Numbered from the stretch's first letter, positions 36,847-50,535 are shown. The stretch is 64,000 nt of DNA from Heterodontus francisci (GCF_036365525.1 NC_090404.1:12056550-12120549); one strand, 5' to 3'. Made by a program: numbers and translations. The notes: generated by a model not told the origin, from the letters alone.

Positions 36847-37016
36847 AATTGGTCTCAGGCAGTGGCACAGAACGAGCAGTGTGGGATTGAATGCCTGGTA
36901 TCGGCAGCGCCTGATATTTAATTCTGTTGAGTGTAATGAAACTGAATATCAGGTGCGGCATACAACGGGCGAACGAGCCAATAGCGCCCGGTTTTGGCCG
37001 TCACACGAGACCAATT
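36847..37016. mobile_element. Palindromic MITE-like element
   Basis: Termini AATTGGTCTC ... GAGACCAATT; internal inverted pair CGCCTGATATT ... AATATCAGGTG. Confidence 0.6.
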
Positions 37017-37069
37017 AGCAGTTGAACATCTTTATTTATAATATATCTTCATCTCAGAGAAACATGGCC

Positions 37070-39850
37070 TAGTGCAGTGATAACCCGACAGGGCCTGGAA
37101 CAATATAAACATAGACAAGGTCTAGCTTGATATAGATAGAGACAGGGTCTTATTTAATATAAACAGAGACAGGTCGAGTTTAATATAAACAGAGGCAGGG
37201 CTAGTGTAATATAAACAGAGACAGGGCCGAGAGTAATATAAACAGACTAGAATTATGTAGCAGACAAAGGGTATTACAAGCAGAACGGGTCCAGTGCAAT
37301 ATAAACAAAGAAATAGTCTGGTGAAATATAGTCAGGAACAGGGCCTAGTGTAATATAAACAGAGACAGAGTCTTGCTCAATATAAACAGAGACTGGGTCT
37401 AGTTGAATATATACAGACACAGGTTCTAGTGTAATAGAAACAGAGAAAGGGCCAGTGTAATATAAACAGACACGTGATCTAGTGTAATATAAACACACGG
37501 GCTGCACTGTAATATAAACAGATACAGGGCCAACTGTAATATAAAAAGAGGCAAGCTATTGCTTAATACAAACAGAGACTGGGTCTAGTTCTAGACACTC
37601 AGATACAGGTTCCAGTGTAATAGAAACAGAGACAGCATCGAGTGTAATATAAACAGAGATTGGGTGTAGTGTAATATAAACAGAGGCAGGGCCTAGGGCA
37701 GTATGAAGAGAGATAGGATTTCATGTAATATAAACAAAGGCATGGTCTAGCACAATATTAATGTATGGAGAGGGCCTCGTTTAATATAAAGAGACATGTT
37801 TCAGTGGAGTAATAGGGACAGAGAAAGAGCCTTATGTAAGATAAATAGAGCAAGAGCTTAGTGTAATATAAACAGAGAAAGGGCCTATTGTAATATAAAT
37901 AGAGACAAGGCCTGCATTAATACAAACAGAGTCGGTGTCCAGGGCAATATTAACAGAGACAGGGTCTACGGTAATGAAAACAGAGACAGAGTCTCGTGGA
38001 ATATATACAGAGACAGGGCCAAGTGTAATATAAACTGAGACAGGACGTATTGTAATATAAACAGCGACAAGTTCTCAGGTAATATAAACAGAGAAAGGCC
38101 TAGTGCAATATAAAAGAGACAGGGTGTAGTAATATACACAGAGACAGGGTAAAATGTAATATAAACAGAGATAGGATCTAGTTTAATACAAACAGAGAAA
38201 GGGCCAACCATAATATAAACAGAGACAGGGTCAACATTAATAGAAACAGTGTAATACAGATAGAGACAATGTCAAGTGTCAGAAACAGAGATGGGGTCTA
38301 GTGTAATGCAAACCGAGACAGGGTATAGTGTAACATAAGCATAGACGGGGTCTAGTTGCATATAAACAGGGACAGGGTATAGTGTAATATTAACAGAGAT
38401 TGGGTCTTGTGTAATATAAACAGAGACAGGGTACAGTGTAATATGAACAGAGGCAGGGCCTTGTACAATATAAACAGACATGCTCCAGTGTAATATAAAC
38501 AGAGAGAGTGGTCCTAGTGTAATATAAACACAATACTAATGTAGAGAGAGGGCTTAGTTTGATACGAAGAGACATGTTCCAGTGGAGGAATAACAGGGAC
38601 ATGGTCTAACGTAAGCTAAACAGAGACATTGACTACTCCAGCATTAATTGAGACTGGGTTTAGTGTAGTAAAGCAGACACAGAGATTGGTGCAGTAATAA
38701 CAGAGACTTTTGCGAATTTAATATAAACAGAGTCATAGTTCTGTGTATTAATAAGTGAGAAAGGGTCTAGAACAGTAATAATTGAGAGAGGAACTGGCGC
38801 ATAGGATCGGAGACAGGCTCTGTTGTAATATGAACAGGGACAAGGTCTTGTGCAGGAATACTAAGACCTAGTGCAGCAATTATTGATACAGGACATATAG
38901 TAATCTAAACCAACACTGGGGATCGTTCAGTAATTACTGAGACAGGGCCTAGCGCAGTAAAAACTGGAATTGGGTCTCGTGTAGTATTCACAGAGATGGG
39001 ATAGTGCAATTTAAACAGATACATGTTCCAGTGCAATACGAAATGAGTCGAGTACAGTAATAATTGAGACAGAGTTTTGTGTAATGTGTGCAGAGACATG
39101 GTATAGTATAGTCAGAAGTGAAACAGAGCCTAGTGTAAGAAAAAAACTGAGACAAGTTCCAGTGCAGTTTTAACTGATAGAGGACATTGTGCAATAGAAA
39201 CTGAGACAGTCCCTAGTGCAGCTATTACTGATACAAGACCTGGATTTCTATGAGCTGGGACATGGACAAATGCAGTAATAGGTGAGACAGGATTCCGTAT
39301 CATTTAACAGAGAGATGGTTCATTACAGTAATAACGGAGAGAGGACATTGTGTGATAGGAACAGAAACGTGGCCTAATGCAGCAATAACTTAGACAGGGC
39401 ATTGTGTAATGCAAGCAGAAACATGGTCCAGTATATTAACACCTGAGATTAGGCTAATGTAGAAATACCTGAGGCATGGACTGCTTTAACATGATCTGAG
39501 AAATTGTTTGTTGTAATATAAATAGGAAAATGACCTCGTGTAATATAAACAGAGACACCATTTAGTATAGCATTGACTAAAGCAAGCTTTAGCTTCATAT
39601 AAAAGCAAAATACTGCGGAGTTCCGAAGAAGGGTCACTGACCCGAAACGTTACCTCTGCTTCTCTTTCCACAGATGCTGCCAAACCTGCTGAGTGGTTCC
39701 AGCATTTCTTGTTTTTATTTTAGCTTCATATAAACTGAGACAGAGTCTAGTGTAATATAAGTAGAGAAAAGGTCTAGTGTAATATAAACAAAGTAATTGC
39801 CTTGTGTAATATAAACAGAGACAGGGTCTAGAGCAGTATTAACTGAGGCA
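37070..39850 (+). repeat. Degenerate array of the same 27-bp minisatellite; also at about 41930-42620, and inverted at about 43790-43900
   Basis: Recurring GTGTAATATAAACAGAGACAGGG units. Confidence 0.9.
39604..39720 (+). mobile_element. Miniature Penelope-derived insertion with hammerhead motif and target-site duplication
   Basis: AGTTCCGAAGAAGGGTCACTGACCCGAAACGTTAC at 39619-39653; flanked by TAGCTTCATATAAA at 39590-39603 and 39721-39734. Confidence 0.8.
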
Positions 39851-41029
39851 GCGCCTGTTTCTGGTAATATTAGCCAACGGGCTTTCACTGACACGTGGTG
39901 CTTGTGTTTGGCCATTGTTCCTGTTGTGAAAAAGTCGAAGTCAGTTGCTGTTTCTGATATTAATACATCAAGGAACAACTTGCATTGCGATAGCAGCTCA
40001 TCACCTTCTCTGGAAGGTCCCAAAATTTGAGGTGCAACTGATTCCAGATGAACGTGGCCGATTTGTGTGCAGAAACACCAGGAATAGAGCAAAGTGCCTG
40101 AACTCTTGTTAATGAATTTTCGTTGATCTTGGTTGATTAGGTTGTGACACGTGAGGCAGAATCTGCCTCTCAAGGGTTGGCCTTCACAGCGTCAGCAAAG
40201 GTGCACCAAGAGAAGACACCCAACCTAAATTGATTGTTTGCTGCACACGCATCATCATTCTGTAGCTGGAAGATGCCAAACCATTATTGAAGGGCAGAAT
40301 GTTGACCAGGGCACAATGTGGGGACCATGGGAACTTTAATATCTAACTCAACAGATAAGGGGGAGGGGAGAGATTATTGGTTCATGATATCATCTGAAAG
40401 ACAATGGGGGGCGATTTTCACCGATACTTTAAATGCTACAGAGCCTCCAATGGAGCCAAGGTTGGACCTTAAGATGAAGAATTGATTTAGACTGCGTTTA
40501 ACAGAAGATACCATCTTGGATAAGGTGTTGACGCTTGCGCTTGGATCAGTCACCCGCAGGATCATTCAGCAGCTGATTGCCACTGAAATCGCCTGTTAAT
40601 GCTCATTGAAGAGGCTGGACTTCATTTTAGCAACTCGCACTTGACCGATCTTCTCTATAAACAGCTTCCAGCTGAGTGGGGTAAACAAGTTGTTACAGAG
40701 GGCTTTTGTGCTACTTAATGGTACGACACCTTTCACTGTCCACTTGCTGCTGGAGGTTTGAAGAGGTGTTTTGAAACCCATCAGGAGAATTTCGGGAACA
40801 CTTTTTCGACTTCGCTAACATACCATCAACATTTATTCTTGGAATTCTCTGACGGTCTCACCCAAAAAATGTAAGAGCTGTGTGACTTGACCTGAGAGGA
40901 GTCACTAGGATAAATGGAATGCTTGGTCATCGGCATCTTCCTGACTGGTCAAATGGGGTGAGGACATGCGGCCAGGAAGAGCAGCACCAGCTGCTGTAGC
41001 AGAGTGAGACAGGAGGGTGAGGTGGTGTC

Positions 41030-41139
41030 CTTCCCCATTGCGGGTACAGGACGTCCCTGCTCCCTTGGATCTCCTCCACCAGGAACTGCAATGCTGTGCA
41101 TGAGAATCTGTGCACCCATTCAAATGGTTCCTGAGCCAT
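41030..41139 (-). mobile_element. Remnant of a Harbinger-type Myb/SANT-like DNA-binding protein N-terminus
   Basis: MAQEPFEWVHRFSCTALQFLVEEIQGSRDVLYPQWGR resembles the RFS...L..LVEEV..RRDVL motif of Harbinger-associated Myb-like proteins. Confidence 0.5.
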
Positions 41140-42781
41140 CCTGAAATATGTCACTGTGTGTCAGCCAGGTTATCCCACGCTTATAGTAGAAGTGGGTGCA
41201 TGGAGCTCACAGAATCTGCTTCAAGAAAATTGTGGTCAATCAGCACTTGAGTGCTAAACCTGCTGGTCATGGTTTAGTGCCTCCAGGCAAGTTCAATTAT
41301 GGTAATCAGCAATCAAGATCAAAATTGTCTGAACAATCCAGACATTCAAACAGAGGTATTTCACTAGCACAGTGCCCATTGAGACTCTGCTTTCACTCTT
41401 TCACCAAAATCACCCCCTAAGTGTATGTTATATATGTGTGCGTGTATGTGTACAAAACTCATCATGTTGTTTGCAATTCCACAAACATAAATAGTTAGCT
41501 CACCAATTATTTTCAGCATTTCATGATATTTAATTCAAAATGTAATTGCAGACCGAGGGTAATGAGCAGCTGCTCACCCGTCTTTGTGCTTTATTGTTAA
41601 GTGATCACCTCACCATCACAGAAGCTGCTGGTATATACCTCACATGTGTGATGATTTGTGCAAGTAATGGTAAAAATGAAACTACCTGTACCTAACGTGG
41701 TTAATAAATTTGTAAATGACTGATGTATAATTTCCCTCATTTGCAAAGGAATGAAACACTTGCTGCTTTCCAGTGAAATTTGCACCATTTTTGTTTCCAC
41801 AGACTTCACTTTTAGCCCGTTACCTTCAATATTTCCTTCCCGACGTCTTCCATTTTTGTATGGTTCAGTTCATTGACATCTGAGGCAAAACCTACCATGT
41901 TTTTGGAAGTGACATCGTTCAGTGGAATAAATAGAGACATGGCCTTGTGCAGCAATAATTGAGACATAGCCTAGCATAATATAGAAAGCAACATGGTCTA
42001 GTGTCATGCAAGTGGGACATGACCTCGTGTAGTAATAACTGAGCAAGGCCTAATGTATTAGAAACAGACAAATGGTCTCCTGCACTAATAACTACACAGT
42101 AAGCTGAGACAGGGCCTCGTGTGATAGAAACAAAGATAGGGTCCTATGTAGTAATAGGTGAGACAGGGCCTAGTGTAATATGAGCTGAAGCATGGTCTAG
42201 TGCTGTAATAACCTAAAATGGATCGTGTGCAATGTAAACAAAGAGATGGTCTAATGCAGTGCCAACTGAGATAATGTCAAGTGTAATATAAACGAGTGCA
42301 GTCATCAAGGAGGCAGTGCCTAGTGTAACATAAATAGAGACAGGGTCTAGTGAAATATCAACAGAGACTCTATTTCGTCGAGTACTAAATGAGGCAGGAT
42401 CTGGTGCAATAGAAATAGAGACATGGTTTAATAACTGAGAGAGGAGGTGCTGCAATATAAACAAATGGAATGAGATGTCTTCTAGTGCAGTCATAATTGA
42501 GACATAATCTTGTATAATATACTAAGAGGCACAATACTCGGCATTTAAAACTGAGACATTAGCATAATAACAACAACAGAAATAGAGTCGGGTGGAATAT
42601 AAACAGGATCTAGTGTAATGTAATGTAATATGTACTCCAAGACCATGTATATGTTCATATTACGTCAGGCCTGGTCTCAGTTCTCATTGCCACGAAGCCA
42701 TATACCACACGAGTAGATAAATAATGATAATGCTAAACCTTCAAAAAAAAAAACACCGGTCAGCCTCAGTTGGAGTAATGT

Positions 42782-43091
42782 AACAATCTCAGAGAGATGA
42801 CTGGGTTTGAGGGATCACATTAAAGGTGAAAATTAGTGCACGGCACTTTGCACTACTTAGTGACAAACTCTGTTATGTTAAAGTTTACTAATTCATTCTT
42901 GTGTTGTGCTGTGATAATTGCTCACAGTTTCTTTTCTTAGTTAAGGGTTGTTTTTCCTGCAGGATTTTCTATTTAGCTTTCCTCTGACCCACTGTCTGTG
43001 CCCGACAGAGTCTGAAACCGTGACCACACAGCACAGCCGTATGGGCTGCCGTAGGGTCCTAAACTCCACCCAATGAATTAGCTCTCAGCTG
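42782..43091 (+). repeat. Second copy of the ~310-bp module (see 31781-32091)
   Basis: Same colinear blocks. Confidence 0.85.
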
Positions 43092-43389
43092 CGAGATCGG
43101 AAAAAACTAAAGTGCATTTATATATAATACATATGTGTATATGTGTGCTTTTATTTATACAGAATATATATATAAAATGTGTGTGGATATGTGATTGTGT
43201 GGAAAGCACATCATTATTTATATTTACAAGCTGAAGTGACGAAGAGAGGTGATTATCTTCACAAATTATGTTTTTGGCATTTTATTTCCTTCTATTCAAA
43301 ACGTATTTGCAGAACATTTAATACATTTGACCAAGGCTCGAAATTTATTACACAAGACGTTTTCACTGTTCACATTATGTCACATCTCT

Positions 43390-45460
43390 GTCTATGGATG
43401 TGGAAAGGATGTTTACTGTTGTGGGAGTATCTAAAACTAGGGGTCACTGTTCAAAAAAATGGGTCACCCATTTAAAACAGAGACGAGATTTTGCTTTCTC
43501 TCAGAGGGTCGTGAGTCTTTGGAACTTTGTTCCTCAAAAGGCGGTGGAAGCAGAGATTTTGAATATTTTTAAGGCAGAGGTAGATAGATTCTTTATAAGG
43601 AAAGGGATGAAAGGTTTTTGTTCGCCGATAGGCATGTGAAGTTGAGGTTATCATCCGATCCGCCATGATCTAGTTGAATGGCGCAACAGCCTCGAGCGGC
43701 CAAGTGGCCTATTCCTGCTCCTAATTCGTATGCTTGTATGTATGTTAGATGCTCTCATTTGTTACTGAATTGCACAATGTGTCAATTAAGATTGCACTAG
43801 ATCCTATCTCAGTTATGAATACACCACGCCATGTGTCTGTTTATATTATATTAGCCCTTGTCTCAAGTGTCATTGCACTATGCCATAGAATACTCCAGTG
43901 CAAAAATGATTATGATAAACTTTTACAAAACACCAGTAGGCCTTAGCTGGAGTATTGTGTCCAATTCAGGGTGCCACATTTTCAGAAGGACTGAGCCTTG
44001 GGGAAGGTCCAGAAAATACTTTCTAAACTGGGACCAGGGATGAAAGATTCCAGTAACTTGGAGAGACTGGAGAAGCTGAGGTTGTTCTGCCGAGAGCAGA
44101 GAAGGTTAAAAGGAGATTTCATAGAGGCGTTCAAAATCATGAACTGTTTTGATAGAATAAATAAACTGAAAATATTTTCAGTGGCAGAAGAATCGGTAAC
44201 GAGAGGGAACAGATTCAAAGTAAATAGCGAAGTAATCAAAGGCTACATATAAATGACTTGGATCTTGGAATGCAAAGTAGAATCGCAATATTTGTCAATG
44301 ACATCAAACTTGGAGGGATGGCAAACTGTGAGGATGATATGAACCACTTGCAACAGGACATCGATAGGCGAGCAGAGTGGGCCGACAAGTGACAGATGGA
44401 ATTTACTGCTGCCTAGTGTGAGGTGATGCATTTTGGCAGAAGGAATAGGGAGAGGCAATATATACTTTATGGCACAGTTCCAAAGATTGTGCAGGAACAG
44501 AGGGACCTAGGGGTGCACGTGCATCAATCTTTGAAGGCGGCAGGACATATTGAGAGAGTGTTTAGTAAAGCACATGGGTTCTTGGGCTTCATAAATAGAG
44601 GCATTGAGAACAAAAGCAGGGAAGTTATGCTGAAACTTTATAAAGCCCTTTGGTAAGGCCCAAATGGAGTATTGCGCCCAGTTCTGGCCACCATACTTTA
44701 GGAAGAACGTGATGGGCCTTGAGAGAGATTTATCACAATGGTTCCAGGGATGGAGGAATTTAGTTCCCAATTAGTTTGGAAAAACTGGTGTTATTCTTCT
44801 TAGAACAAAAGGGATTGAAAGGAGATTTAATAAAAATGTACAAGATTATGACAGGCTTAGATAAGTTAGAGAAGGGAAAACTGTTTACATTAACTAATGG
44901 TACAAGGACTAGGGGGCACAGATTGAAGGTTTTGGGCAAGAGATTGAGGGCGAATATGAGAAATCAGTTTTTTACGCAGCAGGTAGTAATGATCTGGAAC
45001 TCGTTGCACACGAGGGTGGTAGAAGCAGCGACAGCAAATGACTTCAAAATGAAACTGGATGAGAACTCGAAGGAAATAGACTTGCAGGGCTACGAGGATC
45101 AAACGGGGGAGTGGAGCTGAATAAATAGCTCTGTTAAGAGCCGGCGTGGTCCCGATGAGCTGAATGGCCTCCTTCTGTGCTGTAAATGACTCTATAACTC
45201 AATGACTCTAGGCGATATCAGGGGGAAGACAAATGACAGACCAAATTGTTTTTATCTGGATTTACTGCCTGAAAGGGTGGTGGAATCAGATTGAATAAGA
45301 ACTTTAAAAAGGTAATTTAATAAATATTTCAAATGGAAACAAATGGCACGGCTCTGGGGAAATAGCAGGGGGTAGTGGAATAACTGAATAGTTCTTTCAA
45401 AAAGCTGATACTGTCCTTAAGAGCTGAATGGACTCCTTCGCAGCTTTATCATTCTATGAG
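43390..45460 (+). mobile_element. Cluster of degenerate CR1 3' fragments
   Basis: FSQRVVSLWNFVPQKAVEA; MHFGRRNRERQY...QEQRDLGVHVHQSLK; FFTQQVVMIWNSL. Confidence 0.85.
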
Positions 45461-46379
45461 TGTATGATTTACTGGCTCAATCCAACACTCCTTTTTTTTT
45501 TTACACCTATTGTTAGTAAAAAGAACAAAAGCAAAATGTTGCCTTTGTGTAGCCCCTTTCACGACCACAGGACGTTTCAAAGGCTTTTCAAACAATGGCG
45601 TACTCCTGCACATATTCCTTAGGTTCTTATCACAATGACCTGAGACCTCAAGCTGAGTAAATCTCACTGAAGTACTGAACTCGTGAACAATTCAGTCAAT
45701 GCATGAATGGACTGAATGGAGTGGCTCTGGGGAAGGTGGTCAAAGGAGTGAAGGACATTTGTCTTTGCGACCACAATGTGCAATACCCACAGGATATATT
45801 TCACTGTGGCCAATGATTTGCAATGAATATATGGCGGTAAAGCAAGTTACAGTTCATGCTGCTTTAATCCGTGCTGTTTGGAATGGTGTGACTGGACCAG
45901 TCTCACCATTAATGTGGGGATGTGGAAAACGTATCCAATCGTTTGCTACATTTCTGCTGTGACTGAAGTAATTCTGGTGAGGATATGTTGTGTGCTTGTT
46001 GTACATGAAAGGACCACATGTTCAGAAATATTACAATCGTCCCTTCACAACCCAGACATATTCTCCCTTTATCTCTTTGAGATGAGAATCTGTCATTTGC
46101 AGAGAATGATCATCAGCACCACGGGGATATCTCCAGGCCTCTCTTGGCGAATTAAGCTCGTTACTTCTGGTTATCCTAGGTATTGAAATGATCCCAGAAA
46201 TTCAGGAAGGACTGAATGCGTCAGAGAGATACAAATGAAATAAAGGGGCTACTTCATGTTAGGAATATTCAATCACAAAGATGTGATTGTCGAACAGCAT
46301 CTTTCAGGCCCATCTATCCATCTGTCCGTCAGTTCATCCATTATCAATCAACCCGTTCATCGGTACATGTAACAAAACA

Positions 46380-46640
46380 TTCGGACATTCAGGCTATGTC
46401 TCCTTCCTCTGCCCTATCACACACGTTCCCTTTTGTCCTCCTTCACCACCACCTCACCCCCACCACTTTCACTTGCTCAAAACGTATTACATTTCTAACC
46501 TTTCCCAGTTCTGACGAAAGTCAGAGACCTGAAAGGTTACCTCTGGTTCTCTCTCCACAGATGCTGCCTGACCGGCTCAGTATTTCCAGCACTTCATGCT
46601 TTTATTTCAGATTTCCAGGATCCACAGTATTTTGATTTTA
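46380..46640 (+). mobile_element. Penelope pLTR remnant with decayed hammerhead core
   Basis: AGTTCTGACGAAAGTCAGAGACCTGAAAGGTTAC...CTCTCCACAGATGCTGCC. Confidence 0.65.
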
Positions 46641-46745
46641 TTCAAGCTTCCAACGATCGATTCATTCCAGCTATGCAACAGCCTCCATCCACGCAAACAA
46701 GCATATTTATCTATTTCAGAATGTATCATCTCTCTGAGGCCCTCT

Positions 46746-47056
46746 NNNNNNNNNNNNNNNNNNNNNNNNNNNNNNNNNNNNNNNNNNNNNNNNNNNNNNN
46801 NNNNNNNNNNNNNNNNNNNNNNNNNNNNNNNNNNNNNNNNNNNNNNNNNNNNNNNNNNNNNNNNNNNNNNNNNNNNNNNNNNNNNNNNNNNNNNNNNNNN
46901 NNNNNNNNNNNNNNNNNNNNNNNNNNNNNNNNNNNNNNNNNNNNNNNNNNNNNNNNNNNNNNNNNNNNNNNNNNNNNNNNNNNNNNNNNNNNNNNNNNNN
47001 NNNNNNNNNNNNNNNNNNNNNNNNNNNNNNNNNNNNNNNNNNNNNNNNNNNNNNNN
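46746..47056. other. Assembly gap (311 N)
   Basis: Run of N. Confidence 1.
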
Positions 47057-48269
47057 CGCTGCACAGATGCTCCAGCGGACTTTTGCTCCCAACGAGGTGT
47101 CTGTGACTCTGGATATATTTCCTTTCCTGTGAGATGGGAACAGTTCATGTAGGTACACAACTGGAAAAATAAAATTGAATTCAGTGTTGTTGCTGGGTAG
47201 ATGTGTTTATGAATCGGTCTCATTGACAATGTTAAGGATTTGAAGCTGGCTTGCAGCCAAGCAGTCAGTAATGAGGAAACAGATCTTTGATTTACTGCAC
47301 AGAACTGCCAGATGCTTCCTGTAAATTACATTGGATGTTCGAGTCTTCCTGACAACAGTCAGCTGGGTTGCTGCCAATTACTGTGTGGGACAAATTAGCG
47401 TGAATATGAATCGGCAAAGATGGGATTTAACCATTTAAACATTAACTTATTCAGCAGCGCTCTGAGAAAAAAAAAGGGAAAGCATTTTACGATATCACAT
47501 CTAAAGAATGATTTTCGGCAAATTCAGTGCTCTTATCATGATAAAATGGGACAGCAAAATAATAAATTGACCCATGTGGCAATAAAATATAATTCGAGGT
47601 AATTAAGACCATTTATTTTTGTACTGCATGAATCTCTACAGAGAGATTTTAATTACCCCATACCCACATCGTAATGAGAAATGTGGGAATCGCAAAGTAA
47701 TAGGTGGAATTGCCGCTGCATTTCCTTCAATTTTCTCGCAGAGCTGGAAATCATATTCAAACTAAAGACTCCTTTATTGGTGATAACAGCTGCGAACCGT
47801 AAAGTTTAATTTATGATAGTTTGGGTTGCATATTCAGCCCTCTCATAGACAGGATACCAATGGGTAGAGAAAGGCCCAGTTTGAGTTCCGTTTCCACAGC
47901 AGGTAAAGCGTTTGTTTTTGTGATATTCTGTAGCATAACGTTAAGATCTGATATACTGAGTTCCCGATACCAATGTATGTTAAACAGTCTATCGCTATTA
48001 AAATTAGCTGCAATGATCTGGGTGCCGAGGATAGATATGCTGATCGCCATATCTGTTTTGATTCACCAGATTGTCTTTCTCAAAAACTGAACTGAATTTT
48101 ATGTGTTACTCCTTAATTATCAGGCAAACGGACATTTCTATCAGGCAATTTTCAAAGGACTGGCTTCGGGTCACCGAGTGAGGAACAGCTCGAGAAATGT
48201 AGACAGAGAGCGGGAGAGAGAGAGGGGGAGAGAGAGAGAGAGATACTTGTGTATTGCGAGGAGTTTCTA

Positions 48270-48630
48270 TTCTAACAGAACTTGACAGGGTAGATGCAGG
48301 AAGGATGTTCCCGATGGTGGGAGTGTCCAGAACCAGGGGTCATAGTCTAAGGATACGGGATAAACCTTTCAGGACTGAGATGAGGAGCAATTTCTTCACC
48401 GAGAGAGTGGTGAGCCTTGGAATTCGCTACCACAGAAAGCATTTGCGGCCAAAACATTGTATGTTTTGAAAACGGAGTTAGATATAACTCTTGGGTCGAA
48501 AGGCATCAAAGGGTATGGGGCGAAAGCCGGAACAGGCTACTGAGTTGGATGATCAACCATGATCATAATGAATGGCGGAGCAGGCTCGATGGGCCGAATG
48601 GCCTCCTCCTGATCCTATTTTCGATGTTTC
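48270..48630 (+). mobile_element. CR1 3' end fragment
   Basis: LDRVDAGRMFPMVGVSRTRGHSLRIRDKPFRTEMRSNFFTERVV. Confidence 0.85.
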
Positions 48631-49249
48631 TCCGTTTCATTCTGGTCCTAAATAGTGCAACTGCAGCCATTTATACGGCAAATAGAATCTTACTAATATC
48701 CTGAATTTAGCTGCATAAATTGATAACAATTCAAATTATTGGGGATACTTCACTGGTACGGATTGAAGGGATAGATAACGAGAGTTGGATTAAAATATAC
48801 TGGCAGTCACTTTCGACCCTGGTAACGTTGTTTAATCTGAGAGATTCACATTCGCTGTGAAGAGTTGAGAAAATAATGAGATTTAATTTACAGTCCACAA
48901 TGCAATTATTTATTACTGAACACATTCTCAACTGCAGTATCTCCAATTAGGCCCAAGTAACACATTGCATTTAAACCAGGCAGCCAAATAACTATCCCTG
49001 GATACAAATAAAAAGTTCACATTTAATTCTAACCCAGTGTAATGATATGACTCCATTCTGTTAATGATGTGGAAGGTGGACGTGGATCCAGTCACCGCCT
49101 CCATCAGGGAATCAATAGGCGGCGCCTGTAACCTCGCCCCCTTCTGCCGGGTATTTAAATGCCGGTAACTGGAATCGCAACACAACAGACCGGGAGCGTG
49201 TTTGCTCAGTGAGTTGTCGCCAGAACCATTTTCCCGAATTGCCAGAAGG

Positions 49250-49729
49250 ATGAGATCGGCGATTTCTCTCAGTCTGTTGCTGATTTTCTTATCCCGTGAG
49301 TAGTTTTTGCCAGCCGTGTCTTGCAATGTTACTGTCTCAGTGTTAGTCTCTCTCTGGAATGTTACAGAGTCAGGAATCATTTCACCAGGATTAATCCTCG
49401 GGGTTTTTGATATTTTTTTTACAGGTGTCCATTCGGATGTCGTGTTGACTCAGCCAGAGGCAGAGACCGGGAAACCCGGAGGCTCCCTGCGACTGACCTG
49501 CAAAACCAGCGGGTTCAATCTTGAATACAGCTATATGAGCTGGGTCCGACAGGTTCCCGGGAAGGGGCTGGAGTGGTTGGTCAGCTACATGTTTTCATCA
49601 GTTGACAATTACGCCCCAGGGATTCAGGATCGATTTACTGCGTCCAAAGACACTTCAAACAACATCTTCGCCTTGGACATGAAGAACCTGAAGACTGAAG
49701 ACACCGCCATGTATTACTGTGCAAGATAC
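49250..49729 (+). CDS. IGHV: Immunoglobulin heavy-chain VH segment of the IgM cluster, apparently functional (leader 49250-49295, V exon 49425-49729)
   Basis: Leader [15 protein letters not shown]|GTGAG; exon [52 protein letters not shown]...DTAMYYCAR; TATTTAAA about 100 bp upstream. Confidence 0.97.
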
Positions 49730-49768
49730 CACAGCGAGAGGAACCAGGGCTGGACCCGTACAAGTACA
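49730..49768 (+). other. VH 23-RSS
   Basis: CACAGCG + 23 nt + ACAAGTACA. Confidence 0.9.
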
Positions 49769-50142
49769 GATCGTGAGGGATTCGACAAATTCGGTCATAA
49801 CCTGACGGTCAGTAATTGTATTAAATATATTATTAATTGCTGCGGTCACAACCAGACCGTACACAAAACAGCACAGAGAAAATTCAATGGTACAAATCGA
49901 AGACACTAACACTGAGTAATTTTGCCTGTGCTCAATTTTAATGTTAACAGCATTAACAATGTTAACAATTGCAGACCTGGATAAGATGTTGATTTTAATG
50001 TGACTGATACCTGGAGGGAGTTACTTGGAGCTGTGTTCACTTCTGACCGCGTGGTGTAAACATTTGGATATGTTCTAAACTAGATCAGAAGTGAATTTCT
50101 GTTTGAAGTGAATGTTGACAGTACTGAACAGAGAGTGAGTGC

Positions 50143-50222
50143 AGTATTTGTGCGGGTTCGTGTCACGGTGGGTACTATGGGGGTCACGGTGCTGTACAGA
50201 GCGAGTTCCTCTTGCAAAATCC
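50143..50222 (+). other. DH1 segment (50171-50184, GGTACTATGGGGGT) with 5' 12-RSS and 3' 22-RSS
   Basis: AGTATTTGT-12-CACGGTG [D] CACGGTG-22-GCAAAATCC; matches the known shark D1 12/22 layout. Confidence 0.93.
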
Positions 50223-50535
50223 CCAGACACGGAGCTTGCTCAAAGCTGCGATCACTACCACGGCAGGAGGGTCGTAAACAATGAGAATTAAATAAAAATA
50301 ATGGATAAATATAATGCAGTTTGTGACAATGTATGAAAGTCCATTGCTTTATTAGTGTTGACTGTCATGCTAAATCAACATAGATTCTTCAGAAGTATTT
50401 CAATCCGCTTTAGAAATATAATGACCCGGAGCAATTGAATTATCTCACGGATGTACTCTTCGGTGAGTGGGAATCAGGTTTTTTAAGAGTGCTGTGGAAT
50501 TTAATCTCTGTATTTTACAGTTAACAGTCCGCCAC

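Noticed and set aside
46596-47229. ORFs of 159-183 aa
   Set aside because: Artefacts of translating through the N gap
49847-49871. Extra RSS-like CACAACC...ACAAAACAG downstream of VH
   Set aside because: Spacing fits neither 12 nor 23, and there is no paired 5' RSS or D core
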